A DNA stretch of 64,000 bases from NCBI GenBank assembly GCA_964016885.1, contig OZ024740.1:115878001-115942000 (forward strand). The letters are read 5' to 3'. This document shows, piece after piece, positions 26,200 through 41,640 of this stretch. Source of the stretch: Eledone cirrhosa. Its lineage: Eukaryota. The translations under genes were made by a program, and so were the position numbers. Positions within the stretch are counted from its first letter, which is position 1; every line of letters begins with the position of its first letter. Below the pieces are notes generated by a model. It did not search any database. It saw nothing but the letters and a program-made list of their open reading frames with translations, and was not told the origin of the DNA.

Positions 26200-27242
26200 G
26201 TTTCTGATTCAGCCAGTGCTTTATTTTATCGACCTCGTAAGGACGAAAGGCAAAGCTAACCTCGGCTGAATTTGAACTCAGAACGCAAAGGGCCGCAACT
26301 CTATGCTGCAAAGCATAATAGTAATTGGTAAAATATTTAAAAGAGGACAGAACTAAGGTAAAAAGGAAAACAAAACGACACAAATGGAAACAGGTAGGTA
26401 GAGATCAGCGGTTGGTAATGAATATAAATTAAAAGTTGTTGAACGTCTTGAGAGATCGGATGGAGTTGGACCGCTGTCAACGAGGTTTTTGTTATTGTTG
26501 GCGGCTCGCATTACTGAAGTGTCAGGTGATGTTGGTGAAGGTACTTAGCTATTCCAGCGCCTTAGCCGCACTCTCATTCGCGACAATACCATGAATGTTT
26601 TGGTTTGCCTAAGAATATTTCAAGGGAAACATCAGCATTCCCTGTTGCTGTTTGTAATTGAATCTACACGTCTTCTCTCCAGGGCAGAATTAACTCATGC
26701 CCAGGCCCCTAGACTTTCAGATATTACGGATCCCCCTCTGATACGACAAATTTTCATTCCAGTACAAAAACAAAAAAAACAAAAATTGTGTGCTCCAAGT
26801 CCTGGTGGAGCGTCTATGTTTCAACCTCATGAATAATTAAGCTATGTTGTTCTTGTTTTATTTCACTGAGTATTTTTTATTGATTTGTTTAGTTTGTAAA
26901 TCATATTTGCCATAGTAATTGCGTTTATAAATAGATTAAAGAGTTGAAGCAATAAGGCGATGTTGCCAAACAAAATAGCCAGTTTGTTCATGCCAGTGAG
27001 AAACGTTTAATGATGTCCTGAAAAAAGATACAGTTATAAACATCATCTGTGGCTCAAATGATTGTTATATGGCGGAACTGCACTTATCACAGATATATTT
27101 AGGTGTTGAATATGAATACAGGCTGAAATTATGAGAAAGGAAACGAAAGAAAAACGATTCCAATATAAAAAAACAACTTATAAATAAATCTGAGTCAGCT
27201 TTTTAAATTTAGGAAGAGAATATCAAAATAGAAGGTTATTAA

Positions 27243-28043
27243 GAACTAGCTGGCCCCGTGCCGTCAAAAAATGACGGCTAATTGTAATATCTATACATAA
27301 TTGTTTCTACATTTGGCACAAGGCCAGCAATTATCCCAGTGCATTACTTGTGCTTTATTCTATCGACCCCGTAAGGATGAAAAGCAAAGTTAACCTCGGC
27401 GGGATTTGAACCCAGAACGTAAAGGGCCATAATTCTATGCTGTAAAGAATGATGTCTGACGCTGCCAATCCACCGCCTTTCTGTAATATCTATACATAAT
27501 ATAAAAAAGGTGTTTGTTTCTTTGTTGGTTGGTTCCTTCGCGCTCACTCACACAAGTGATACAAACATACAAACACACAGCTGTGACGAATCTTAGAACA
27601 CTGGACCTCTATAGAGTCTCACCCTCACTCCTTCGGCAGTCATCACATAGATGTGTGTGTATGTAATAATTATTTTTTCTAAGTGTATCGATATATATAT
27701 ATATATATATATGTATATGTAGATTCGTGTGTGTTTGTAATTCTATTGTCTATGTATCTTTCTAAACAAACAAACACACATATACACTCCCGCAAATATT
27801 ATATATAAATATAATTTACACAAACACACATATACATACACAAACACTCACATAATCATAACAGCCAATGTGTGTAGCCAATTCGCTATACATATACACA
27901 CACAGGTGTAGCGAATGTTAAACGCTGCTTTCTTTAGTTTGTCATCACCCTCCCCCTTCCCCAGTTGACGTCATCACCCCTTCTTTCTTCAATCATCTTT
28001 TGTGTGTGACGGACAAATATACATTGGGTATCATATTAGTAGA
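27243..28043 (+). mobile_element. possible non-autonomous Helentron (HINE-like) element, interrupted by a SINE
   Basis: 5' actagctggccccg with hairpin gccgtca aaaaa tgacggc; 3' gacggac..tattagtagat ending. Confidence 0.35.
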
Positions 28044-28252
28044 TTACAGCGTAAATCTCAATAGTAATGATTGTATATTACTGATTTTTGTCCTTTCGTC
28101 ACATGAACGCTAAACTCTCACGAAAATGTGATAATTTTTTTATTTATTTAAAATTCATGAAACACAAATGCAAAACAAAAAGTGTGTGTATGGGGAGGGG
28201 GGAAATATTCTAAAATGTTACCTGCTAATGGTGTTGTTTATATGTCTCATTT

Positions 28253-28304
<52 letters not shown>

Positions 28305-28832
28305 AATATATACAAGGCACTCTTGGTCAGGTGAGTTGTTAAACTAGACATGGATTAAGAATAACATGCAGATGAGTAATGCTTGGAATTGAACTCAGAA
28401 CACAAATAGCCGGAACAATTACCACAATACATCTCATCCAAAGCTCTAACAATTTTACTAATTCAGCTGGTACTTTAGTTTAACGACTCTGAAACGATGG
28501 AATGCTAGGTTGACCTCGGCATGTTTCGTACTCGGACGCAGAGAGTTAGACCACTGAATGTTCATCTTTGAAATTAGCGAAGAATTTATTTTGTTTGAAA
28601 CGAATGGTACATTGTTCTTTGGAAACAGCCAAGTTGGCCATGGATAGAACGCTTTTGATTATACATTTGTTCATTGAGGGCTGACCTGAGGCTAAACAAC
28701 TGCAATAACTATGTCACCAGTAATTCATGTTGATTGTGGTAAGGCACCTGTGCAAAGCTGGCTAACAGAAACTTGGAGTATATGAAATTCTCTCTCTCTG
28801 TCTCCCCCTCTCTCCTCTCTCACACCCATTCT

Positions 28833-28873
<41 letters not shown>

Positions 28874-28949
28874 GTATATGTGTGTGTGTGTGTATATAAT
28901 ATGTTTATAATATATATATATATATAAATATACATACATATATATATAT

Positions 28950-28997
<48 letters not shown>

Positions 28998-29023
28998 CTA
29001 CACACACACACACACACACACAT

Positions 29024-29104
<81 letters not shown>

Positions 29105-29199
29105 GTATCAGAATAAATTCTTTCGCTACTCTGGGAATTATATTATCAGTCTAATTTAGAAATGCTTATCATTCTAACAGAATCGTTTGCTAGTCATTT

Positions 29200-30130
29200 C
29201 CACTACAACAAACAAGAGACACTCTGCGTCAATTAACTTCCGCTAGAAATATCAAAATCTAATGAAAAAGGAAAATAAACATTGTAGTCGATTAAAGAGG
29301 CACGGACAATTGTTTTGTTTTCAAATAAGATATCAACGAGATATGTTTGCCTTTCTTCAGGCACTATTGGGGGTAAGAATAGAAAAGAAGGGGCTAGGCT
29401 TAAATGTTCTAGTTTTGTTATGGTAGACGAGCTCACGTCTCCTTGTATCCATGTGGGTTTCATTTAAAATGGTAATGCTAGATTATGTTTGATCCTTCAC
29501 GCAGGTACTTCCGGTTGAGCAGCCAGTGAAGCCGTCAAAACGTCTCTCTATGGTTCCACATGAATGTGGAGATGGAACAAAAAAATAGCAACTTTTCTCT
29601 ATAAAGACTAAAATATCGATTAAAGAAAATACTGTATGGTTATTTAGCCAACGGTTGATGTAAGAAGCATTGAGAAAATTTGAATTTGAAATGTCCGCGT
29701 CCAAACACAAATAACCACAAAAATAAGTGTTTCTACATTCAGCCCAGGCGGCGAATTGGCAGTTAGAATGCTTTATGGTATTCGTCCGGCTCTCTGGTCT
29801 CTGAGTACAAATCCCGCCGAGGTCAACTTTGCCTTTCATCCTTACGGGGTCGATAAAATAAAGCACCAGTAACGTATTGGGGTCGATTTAATCCCCTCCC
29901 CCCCAAATTACTGGCCTTGCGCCTATACTAGAAACTTAATAACCATAATAATTGTTTCTACTTTTACCTCCTGTCTACTTTCTCCCGTCTTCAGAGGTAC
30001 TTTACCTGATTTTTGTTTGAGACACGTATATTTTAAATCTATTGTTATTGCATTCGTCTTGATAACTTTTTCTATGTCAGTATCCAACTGTAGAAACCAT
30101 GCCAAAAATAGGGATAAGAAGAATATTTAG
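29200..30130 (-). pseudogene. putative decayed class A GPCR, TM4-TM7 half (SINE inserted at 29745-29935)
   Basis: FSLIDILVFIEKSCYFFVP (TM5-like), ITKLEHLSLAPSFLFLPPIV (TM6-like), NVYFPFSLDFDISSGS*LTQSV (TM7/helix 8-like); by-eye similarity only. Confidence 0.35.
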
Positions 30131-31017
30131 TTGCGTCAAAGTTACGACAACCATTCTGGTGTTGGTAACACAATAAAACATACTCAGTATATTCAGTAAA
30201 GTGGTTAGGGAAATGGAAAGTCATCCATCGAAAGAAAGGTTGCCAAACAAAATAACGAGAAAACTGAGCCGTGTCAAAGACAAGACAGCCCAAAACTCCT
30301 AATGCTGGTGTCTCAATAAAATATGGCCGTTACACTCTGTGGAGTGCGGGGACGTATATAAGCTAGATGCGGCCCCAACATCTCATTTACATACGTTTTG
30401 ACTTGGTCTGTAACGTTTCGTTCAACCCTTGCTAGCAAAGAGAACAGACGTTAAATGATGATGACGATGATAGTTAGGATGATGATGATATCAATACGTG
30501 AATCCTTTTAATGCATATTCGTATAATCCAAGAGTGGTGAGTGCCGGTCTAAATAACAGCCATATTCAGTTACATCGTCCAGGATCAATAAAAGAAATAT
30601 TTGAGTCAAGTATTGGAATCACTTAGCTTGACTGATCTCTATATTTCTGACATATTTGAATCAATTAATTCGGTTTCTCTCCTGCCTCTATCTCCACGGC
30701 AGATGTGGAATGGACCTCCACCGGTTTCGACAATTAGAGAAATTAACAGGAAAATGGGTTAGCTTTCTACTGGCATGCGTACCCTTGATTTAATTGACAG
30801 AAATTCAGCCTGAGTCAGAGTGGGACATACCTGGACCATTGAATTACAGGTAAAACCCATCCGATGGGCTTCTAAACAGTTTCTGTCTATCCAATTTCAC
30901 TCAGAAGACTTGAATCGACTCAAGGCTCTGGTAAATCATACATGTTCAAGATGAAACACAACCTTAAACCCGGGACCGCACAATTGTGAAGCGAACTTCC
31001 TAACCATGTATTGTGTG

Positions 31018-31111
<94 letters not shown>

Positions 31112-31124
31112 AGGAGAAAGAGAG

Positions 31125-31159
<35 letters not shown>

Positions 31160-31241
31160 GTGTGTGTGAGATTTGTTATTAATGGTTACTATTTACTTCA
31201 AAGTATCAGCGATATTATTGGCTTATCAAAACAAAAAAAAT

Positions 31242-31299
<58 letters not shown>

Positions 31300-31616
31300 T
31301 GTGCATGTGTGTGTGAATGTCTGCGCATGTGTATGTGCGATGAGTGTATTGTGAAAGCGATATTTCTTTGATGCATATATGTGTTAGATCAAAGACCACA
31401 CCCACTCCCCCAAATAGCTGAATCCATACACATAAATCTCCAATCCGCCGGCAATGAAGGCTACTTCCAACGCATGAATACATACAAGTTCTGAAGTCAC
31501 AAAAATATGTTTTATTGACCACTTGACAGTGATGATTATTGCACACATATTTTTGTTTGTGATATGAAAAACTGAATAAATCTTTGTAAAGGAGTGTACC
31601 TCAACATTTGCTCTGT

Positions 31617-31688
<72 letters not shown>

Positions 31689-31794
31689 CTCTCTATCTCT
31701 CTATCTCTCTATATATAGATAGATAGATAGAGAGATAAATAGAGAGAGAGAGGGAGACGGAGAGATTGATAGATAGATATACAAATAAATACAT

Positions 31795-31838
<44 letters not shown>

Positions 31839-31942
31839 TTATATATATTCAATAAAATATTATCTCCACTATCCAGGAAGCTCCAACCGTTAAGGTTGTC
31901 TTTTTTCCGGGTATATCAATATTTATTTATAAAACAAATCTG

Positions 31943-32008
31943 TATTTTATCTGATGAAAGCGCACCATAATTTGCCTTGGTTGCCCTTGAAATATATATA
32001 ATAAAATA
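31943..32008 (+). ncRNA. minimal type I hammerhead ribozyme in mini-element family G (element ~31845-32142)
   Basis: tattttat-CTGATGA-aag..ctt-GAAA-tatata-TA-ataaaata; same family as 47169-47625 and 52183-52635. Confidence 0.82.
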
Positions 32009-32139
32009 AATATGGTTTTATAAATATAGTTTCCATTTATTAATATATTGTGTATTTACTCCACTAATCTGTTGAGTGCTTTATATCAGTTATAAAAATG
32101 TTTAAGCTTGTTGAATCCCAACAAATTAAATATAACTTC

Positions 32140-32293
<154 letters not shown>

Positions 32294-34871
32294 ATATTTT
32301 AGTTAGATAGACCTAATTTCTATGTAAAAATATAAAATATTAAACACCTCCATATTATATGCATAGATAATATTATATTTCAAGAGTATTTAATTAGAAA
32401 ACACAACAAAAACGTGGAAATTAAATGAATTCGAATCCGGTATAAATTTAGTCTTTGATGTTGATAATGTGAAGGTGCCTGACTTAGTGGTCCGGGTGTT
32501 CAACACACGATCCGCTGCGTGATGCAAGACACTTTATTTTGCTCTAATCCATTCATCTGGAAAAAGTAAGCTATACTTGTTATTCAAATGGTCAGCCTTG
32601 GCACACACAATGCTCAGTTACTTATATGTTAATTTCCAGAGAAGGTTGTTCCGTTGAACACACAAATAGAATCTTCACAGTCAGAACTAACGGAGGCCCA
32701 ACACATCTTTTCATTTACTTCATACGCTAATATACATCTGGAGTAGATTTTCACTAAGTATTTTAACTATTTTATGACCACATTTCTAATAGAAGTATAC
32801 TGGTTTTGTGTTTGAATTATCAATGTAATCAAGACTTTCAGAGGCTTTAGTGAAATAACTAACTTTCAACTTAATAATAATTTAGGTATAATGTCAACGT
32901 AAGAAAGTCAATTATATCGATTCTAGTTCTTCACTGGTACTTTATTTTATCAACCATGGAAGGATAACAAATATTATTGATGTGGATTGGCAGTAGCAGT
33001 AGAGCGTTAGACACTATGCTTTGCAGCATTGAGTTATGACCCTTTACGTTCTGAATTCAAATCCCGCCGAGGTTAACTTTGCCTTTCATCCTTACGGGAT
33101 CAATAAAACAAAACCCCAGTAATACACTGGGGTAATGGCTGGCCTTGTGCCAAAAGTAGAAACAATTATTGATCTCGGAGGGTTTTGAACTCAGAACATA
33201 AAGAGCCGTAAAGAAATACCGTATGATATTACGAACCGTTAACGGTTCTACTTCTCATATTTTATTCAACTAAAACAGTGTGATATCTAATTATAAATCT
33301 CTTAAGAACAACAGTATGTAATAAATCAAGAGTCAAATGTGTGTGGGATCTCCATCGGTCTCGACGATGAGTGTTTCAGCTTTTTGATAAACAGAATAAC
33401 CTGCTCGTGGAATTAACTTGCAAGTACTTGTGCATTCCACAGACATGCACATCGCTAACGTAATTCTCGGGGAGATCCAGCGTTACACATTGCGTGACAA
33501 GAATTAGAGTTACAACTCATGTTTCCCAGCTGAGTAGACTGGAACAACATGAAGTAAATATCTTGTTCAAGGACACAACAGGCTGTTGAGAATCGAACCC
33601 ATGACAATATGATCGTGCGCCAAATACTCAAACTACTAAGCCAACCACATTCACGAAAAGAAAATCAAAAGTCACATCACACCACAAATAACATACGTGA
33701 GTTCTGTGATATAATCTTTTCACTGTATCGTAGTTCACTAGCAAAAAGTCCGACGCCCTCATATAGTTAGCAGACTATTCACCGGGACACTTATTTATAA
33801 GACTGCAATCCTAAGAACAAGGACGGATTGATGTTTGTCAACATAAACTACTCACTGTGTACAGATATAATATTAGAAGGTATTGTTTACTTGACCTAGT
33901 ATTCTTCATGCTAAAAAGATGGCCTTTTTATTTGCTCAGTGAAATCGAATTGGCTGTTATTACTGTTATAGATATTCTTCCTCAGGCCAACACTATGAAT
34001 TAAACAGGTGTCTCTATTGTAACAGAGAATGCTAGTCAGTCTGCACTGAAATCTGTTCTTTTGCCCTTTAAGGATTGACAGAATACGTTGAAAAAATCTA
34101 AACAAACAATAAGAAAGCCAACAAGTCTATACCATAGCTTACCAAGGGATGGCGCTCCCATTAATCCAACAAGGCAGTCACCTAGGGCGCGTGTCTGTGG
34201 AATGTGCAACCACTAACGTGATAATTTCACGAGAAGGCTGTTCCGTTGATCGTATCAACTGGAAAACTCGTCGTCGTAATCGATGGAGTGCCAGTTTTTC
34301 TGTATATTAATTTTACTACATAAATATATTAATTTTTGCTAAATAAGTAAATTTGCAGCTGTTAGAGCATTAATATTCAATATGACAAAAGCCCAAGGTT
34401 AACAACTTATGTTCATTCTTTTATTTCTACGCCCGTTTCAATAACTGTTACAGTAAAATATACATCTGAAAAAATTTGGAAATACTTAATTATCAATTAT
34501 TAACACCATACATAATATATATAACTGCATTTCTTCAGGAAGATGTGAGAAAGAACAAAGTTTACCAAGTTCAAATAGTATTAAGAATAGACTTCATATC
34601 AAATACTGATCGTAAAACAAGCAATTAAATATAAAACAAACATATTTTTGCATGGAGTTGTTAGACCATGTAAAATTATAGGTTTAGGTACAAATCATTA
34701 CGTCATTACTATTTACAAAGTTGTTAATTATTTTCCTTATACGGTTAAAATAATATTTGTTGTTAGACTTGCAGGAGTGGAAATTATTTAAGAGGCAACG
34801 GCAAGTAGGTTGAGGTAAGAAACATTACTTATCTATTATTTACAATGTTATTCTTAATTTTCATTATATAT

Positions 34872-35378
34872 TTGGAAATTCGAACGCAAGGAACAGCTGT
34901 TAAAACAGCCGAATGCCGTCAATAACGACAGCATGGAAGTCGGGTAAAAACACCCTTAAGTACAGAAAACAGTGGCCAGTGGTCGCCTTCCAGAGACGGA
35001 AAGTTGTGAGGTAGGTAAAAGGTAGATGAAACGTATAGATGATTGAGAGAGGAGTGTGTTGGCACGTAGGAGTGACAAGCAAAGAAGAAAGGAAGACAAG
35101 TGGAGCTTAGGGTTGGGATTGAAGTTACAAACCTGACAAGACGATATAAAACCACAGATGCATGTAAAACTTCAGCCCTCAACCTGGCTTGAGGTTTCGC
35201 ACGAAAAAATGAGTGGACAGCAATTTTTTTATGCCAGCTTGTGCAGCAGAAAATGAATAAACATTTCTGCTGATATGATGCGTGTGTGATGACAACAAAG
35301 TAAAACAGAACTTACACGCTCTTGTCATTCATGGCATTCGGCTGTTTTAACAGCTGTTCCTTGCGTTCGAGTTTCCAA
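34872..35378. mobile_element. ~500 bp element with ~55 bp terminal inverted repeats (MITE or pLTR-type foldback)
   Basis: ttggaaattcgaacgcaaggaacagctgttaaaacagccgaatgcc / ggcattcggctgttttaacagctgttccttgcgttcgagtttccaa. Confidence 0.7.
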
Positions 35379-35602
35379 CTTATTTCTATGAACTTCTAAT
35401 ACACTCACGCTTCGTCTCGATAATTTTCGAAATACCCAGTGTTTCTTTACATATATGAAAATGTTGATATCCAAACAGAGAGTCGCTACAATGATAATAG
35501 TATTATTATCATTGTACTAAAATCGTGTAAAATACTCTTAGGAACAGAAAATAAGTGGTCAGCAACCACCACACCAAATCTCTTGAATTCTGTCCAAGTG
35601 CG

Positions 35603-35696
<94 letters not shown>

Positions 35697-35895
35697 CAAA
35701 GAATGTGTGGTAAGGAACTAGGTGGACCATAACGCACCAGAGTACTCGATACTTGGGGTAGTAGAGTGGGTAATAGGAAAAGAGTCAGGATCCCGACGAC
35801 TAGATCCGAACTAAACCAGTAAACATACTACTGGTTTAGTTCGGTTCTAGCTGTCGAAACGGCCAGAGCTCAGCCGTCAGGGTCCTGACTCTTTT

Positions 35896-35950
<55 letters not shown>

Positions 35951-36394
35951 GTATATATATATATATTGTGTGTGTGTATGTGTTGTATGGTTTAACAAAA
36001 CTTTGATGATGTATCAGGGAAATAAAAAAGCTAAAGTATTATAGATGTTGGGGTTAAGATTCAATGAGAATTTGTAGACGTTGCTAAAAATTGTTATGAA
36101 GCAGAGAGCGAAGAATTTGTAAAACAGACTCAGTGACAACATAATAATATCTCAATCAAAATGTCAGTATGATAATGTAAATGATGTATTTATGACATCA
36201 AGTACAAATTGTCTCTGACAATAGAAAATAACTGTTATTTTCCAGGTCTTATTTCAGCATTCTCAATGTAGAAATTATCTTATATATTATTTACTGACAC
36301 AAAGAAAATATATTTCATGTTCACATGGAGCGCCAGAAACACGTGTAAGATTGAATTGAGAAATATGGAAGTTACCGATATTAATGTCGAAGTC

Positions 36395-36780
36395 AATAAT
36401 GTGGTACTATTGTATGTGGTACCTTGAAGGTGGTACATTGAAGGTGGTACATTGAAAGTGCAGTACCTTGAAGCTCATTGATTGAAGGTAGTAAATTGAA
36501 GGTCATAGATTGAAAGTGATAGACTGAACTGGGTCCCGTTGAAGATGGTTCATGGAATGGGATTCCATTGTTGGTGACAACTGGAAGATCGCACCTTGAA
36601 GAATATGCCATGAAGGTATTACCTCGGTTGTACCTTGAAGGTGGTAGATCGAAAGTGTGGTACCTTGAAGGAGATAGATTGAAGGTCGTGCCATGAAAAT
36701 GATACATTGAATGTGGTAACTTGAAGGCGATAGATTGAAGAAGTGGTACACTGAATGTGGTACAATAAATGTGGTACCAC
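36395..36780. repeat. degenerate ~14-nt minisatellite (gtggtaccttgaag)
   Basis: direct inspection. Confidence 0.85.
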
Positions 36781-37937
36781 TAAGAAAAAAAAAAAATGAA
36801 ATGAATATGTAGGCTTAGCTGGCCTGTTCCTAGGTTGTATTTTGTAAGAGTTTTTTTGTCTGTTTTAATGATAAGGATACCATGAATACAGTATGAAGTG
36901 AACCGCTTTGCCCAAGAACACAACGTGCTAACGGGTCCAGGAATCGAATCTACGATCTAATGGTCGTGAGTCCAACTATTAGATTATATTTTATATCAAA
37001 ATAGCGAAAAGCAAGAGAAAAAAGAGAAAAAGAAATGGAAACGGGGCAAACTCTATACCCTTGGTTGTACAGTATACCTCAGCTGTACTCTATGGACAAG
37101 ATGGTGAAGTTATTACCGAGAAGAACAGCCGGCAATACCCGCTGCATCAGCAATTCGGTAATACATAACAAACCATCTACATAATGTTTTATTGATAAAA
37201 TCGAGAATATTTCGACTATAACAAAAAAAAAAAGAAGCAAAAAAACAAACATGTTTTAATAAATCTGACTGTCTTAAGATTTGATTATGAGACTAATGCG
37301 CTACCTACTGCACTACCGAGCTACACACACACATACACCCACACCCACACCCACACACAAACTGTGTATAGTGCATGTACATTAAATGCCGAATAAGTGT
37401 ATATTGAGTGTATAGCATATAGTGAGTGTATAGCTACTGTATAGAAAGTGTATAGCGAGGGATCAAGGAGGAACCATAGACTATATAATGTCCTACACAA
37501 TGTGTGTATAGTGGGTATATAGTGAGTGTATAGTAACCGTATAGAGAGTGTATAGAGAGAGTATGACAAGAGATCAGGGATCAATAAACGCATATACTTC
37601 AGACGGTTCATATTTCTCTCAATTGGCCAGTTAACAAGTTCTTTCCGTCTAAACAGCGTCTCCTGTTCGACACACAGACATGTTTATGAACTAATTAGCC
37701 GTACATGAAGTCTTGTCGCTGTAGTTGCTGCAACTTGAAAAATACAACCAGTAAAACATTTACATAATTATATCTGAGATTTAATCTCTCTCCATCTCCT
37801 CTATTTCAATGACTTTTGACCACATTAACCACTTGGCTGTTGGTTTGTTGGTTTGTTGATTTGGTGGTTTGAACTGTTTCTCACTGCTGCAGTAAATAAT
37901 GGTATTATGTGACAATACAGGAAGAGTGTGAGAGGGA

Positions 37938-38005
<68 letters not shown>

Positions 38006-38241
38006 CGATATATATATATATGTGTGTGTCTGACAATATAGGGAGAGTGAGTGAGGGGAGGGAGAGAGAGAAAAAGACAGACAAAACAATATACATTATT
38101 ATGTATACAGATATAACATTATATATATATATATGCGTGTGTGTGTGTGTGTGTGTGCACATATGTTAACACGTACAAAAACAGAGACATGTATGTATGT
38201 ATGTATGTATGTATGTATGTATGTATGTATGTATGTATTTA

Positions 38242-38283
<42 letters not shown>

Positions 38284-39789
38284 TGTGTGTGTATGTGTGC
38301 GTGTGTGTGTGTGTGTGTAAAAATGGTAGATGCGAAGTGTTAATCAAAGGAGAGCGTGCCTTAATTTAGATATAAAATATGAGATAATTAACTGTTCCTT
38401 CATATTTTAGAGTGTTTAGTTACCATAAAACTGTATCAAATATTGAATATAATATCACTGTTCAACCATGGCAGCAAGAACACCAACATCAGCAACAGTG
38501 GCACAACAGCAACAATACTACCACCACCAGCACCACCTACACCTCCAGCACCACCACCACCACCACCTACACCTCCACCCCACCACCACTACATACACCC
38601 CCACCACCACCAGCGACAACATTGTCCGTCAGAACAACAGAAACAATAATTTATTGTTTTAGTTAAAATAGGGATTTGCTATTTTATTTTAGCTTCACAT
38701 ATCATATGTTAATCGAGTGGCGATATTCCGATTCTTTGAGCTCTGAGTTCGAATCCCACCAAGCTCAATATTGCCTTTCATCTTTCGTACCATATTAACA
38801 CTCATGCTAGGTCTCCGACTTCAGGATACCTATGTCCATCCCACCAGCCAGAGACCCCGAAAATGGTCATTGGCGCTGCCATTTTCACCTTGACTAAACA
38901 CTAAAAAAATAGCAGTGTTAAGAGATTTCAAGAAAAGTTAATCAGGTGAAATTGAGGTTGCATTCACACAGTCTATACCAAGCCTACACCTAGCTTGTGT
39001 CTCTGTACCAACCTTTATATCTGTATATACCCAACCTTTACATCTGTATATATATGTATGGACCCGTAACTCTTGATGGAGTTGTATGGGTGCTGTCGTG
39101 CCATACGGCATGTATTGGGCATTTTGAACCTGGCGGAGCCCATCCTCTTTCCAGATCCGAACACAATCCTATTTCTTCCGAAGAAAGGCAAAGCTCACCT
39201 CGGCGGGATTTGAACTCAGACAACGAATACCGCAAAAAATTCTATGCAACCTTTTAATGATCCTGCCAATTCGATACCTACATTTCTATATACCTAGCCA
39301 ACATATAACCAACCTGTATATACCCAGCCTATATACACCCATTCTGTATATACTCAGCCCATATATAGCCAATGAATTCATCTGTATATATCCAGCCTAT
39401 ACCCAGTCAGTACATCTGAATAAATTCAATCTACGCATCTGCATATATCAGCCTATAACCAGCCTGTATATACCCACTCTTTACATCTGTATGTACCCTG
39501 CCTATATATACCCAACCTATATGAATACACAACCTGTACATCGGTATATACCTAGCTTATACACCTATATATACCCAGACTACCACCCTCGTATTATCAT
39601 GATTATCCTACCATTGTTAGACTTATCATCCCCCTCCGTATTATCATTATTACCATATTACTGTTTGACTTACCCTCTCCCTATTGTCATGCATACCTTC
39701 CTATTGTTAGGCCTACTACCCACGTAAGAGTGAAGCGGACATATGTTTTGTGATTCTTCTATAGTTTTAATTTTACCGTTACCAACCCC

Positions 39790-40286
39790 GGCATATAATG
39801 AACAGGAATTTTGTAATTTTAAACAACAATCTGAAGTTTATAACAATAAATAACAATTGAAAACTTAACATTTTTGTATCTGTAATGTTTTAATATTTTG
39901 AACAAAAAGTATTGTTGCATAGCAACTGTCCCCATAAAACATTGTCGTAAGGTTTGACAGAAAACTAAATACCCTCAAACACAGGGCGTCGATTGTTGGT
40001 AAATAGCTTTGTGAACAAAAGTTTTTAAAAAGTAGCAGGATGTAAGAAGTATTTGTTAAGGACATATCTACTGTAATGAAACAAAAAAGAAAAAGGAAAA
40101 AAAAAAACGACAACAATGGAGAATTGAAATAAAAAAAATCAGACACAACTGAGAAGGGTACCAGGAATACATTATTTCAATTGACAACCAACATGTGCTT
40201 ATATTTCGCCGTATTATAGATGAAGAATTTTTAGGAATGTCTTGAGTGCATTTGGGCGTTCCATTTGACGAATTTATTGCAACCAT
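39790..40286 (-). pseudogene. putative decayed class A GPCR, N-terminus to TM3/TM4 half
   Basis: N-terminus with NSS, NGT, NSS, NIS sequons; after a frameshift CIPGTLLSCV*FFYFNSPL..FLFCFITVDMSL (TM1-TM2-like) and DALCLRVFSFLSN (TM3-like Cys). Confidence 0.4.
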
Positions 40287-40903
40287 CTGACTCGATAAAG
40301 GAGTTAACGAGGAAAATATTTTCTATTCTAATGTTGTTTTTGTTACTTTAAAAGCAGAACAAATTCACACCTAGGCTTAATTCTTCTATTAGGATCTTTT
40401 GAAATGTTATGTCTAATTCTATTAAAGTATGGTTTTTTTATGGTTTGTTTAGAGAGGAGGAGAGAACAACGCTCATGCCATCGCTAGGCCATCACGTGGC
40501 TTGGTAGATTGATATTGTTGGTGTTTGGACATCGGGAAGTCGAAGGTTCCTCTGAGGAAATATGGGTTGGGAGAGGTTTTATGTGGGAATGTGACATTCT
40601 GTGGAAGAACAATTAGATATCGTAGTTACTGAGGAATCGGGGAGGAGAAACATATTATGGCTTACAAGAAGAAGAAAGACGGATGTGTCAGCTGGGACTT
40701 TAATGGATGTATTATAATACCAGCTGGTTCCGAGGACTAGATGCTGAGGTAGTAGTGGTATAAAAGGTAGAGTGAGGAGAGAATTTGTGTGAGTCAGAGG
40801 TTGAAATGCGTTGGAGAGGGAATCTTTGACAATCAGATTCTAACAGAAAAAAACAAACAAACATATTATTAGACTAAATTTACGCACACACACACACACT
40901 CAC

Positions 40904-40967
<64 letters not shown>

Positions 40968-40969
<2 letters not shown>

Positions 40970-41522
40970 TGGCTGCCAACTCGTTTTCGAGTACGGCCAC
41001 TACTTTATATCCATGTAGGAGAACCCTTACCGATGCGCTGAACGAGTGTGACTTTTTAGTCCAGCCAGCGACTTGAAAACTCTGGTACAAACACTACACT
41101 TGTGACAATTATTGACACATAGTGCTGGGCCCTTGGTACCATGTGACGACAAGTGCAGAGAGATCTCCAGATATAAAGCAATGCCTGTGCCGTGAAGCTT
41201 TTATAGTGAGCAAAGGCACTGCACAAAGCCAGTCCCACTCTCTTAACCAAGATGATATTTACCAAAAAGAAGAACAAGTCAACATCATTGGATACCATCA
41301 GAGTTGCAGGTGTTATATCAGAGTTTTCCTTCTCCTAGAATTCTGCCTTGACAAAGGCTAAGGGGTCATCTCTCCCGGTGATTTTGGATTGCCATTGACT
41401 CGTAAGAGCTCCTTTGCCCTTTGACAGGTTTTGATTTTAGTCCTGCAGGATGTCCAAAGTCACCCTCCTCACCAAGAAACCTTGGTGGGGTTGCCAGTTT
41501 AGACAGGTTGTACTGGGATACA
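40968..41522 (-). mobile_element. RTE-type LINE 5' UTR-like / non-autonomous element
   Basis: minus-strand motif aggcag..tctaggagaaggaaaactctga, recalled as common in RTE 5' regions. Confidence 0.45.
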
Positions 41523-41541
41523 TGTTACCAGTAGCCCCAAC

Positions 41542-41617
<76 letters not shown>

Positions 41618-41640
41618 CACACACACATATATATATGATT

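Noticed and set aside
26390-26640. RNase H-like HGIVANESA fragment on the minus strand
   Set aside because: Too short and degenerate to support a call.
36395-36780. Regularly spaced repeats resembling a CRISPR array
   Set aside because: Degenerate ~14-nt minisatellite without unique spacers, in a eukaryotic context with no cas genes.
37110-37165. Hairpin containing CTGATGC on the minus strand
   Set aside because: No GAAA half-core; not a hammerhead.
33890-37740. Exon-like unique segments at ~33890-34100 and ~37590-37735 (minus strand)
   Set aside because: Splice signals are weak, stops occur in candidate frames and no protein is recognisable; RNA-seq would be needed.
41440-41522. HDV-like ribozyme at the 5' end of the RTE-like element (ggcaac plus hairpin)
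   Set aside because: Could not build P2/P3/L3 or place the catalytic C.
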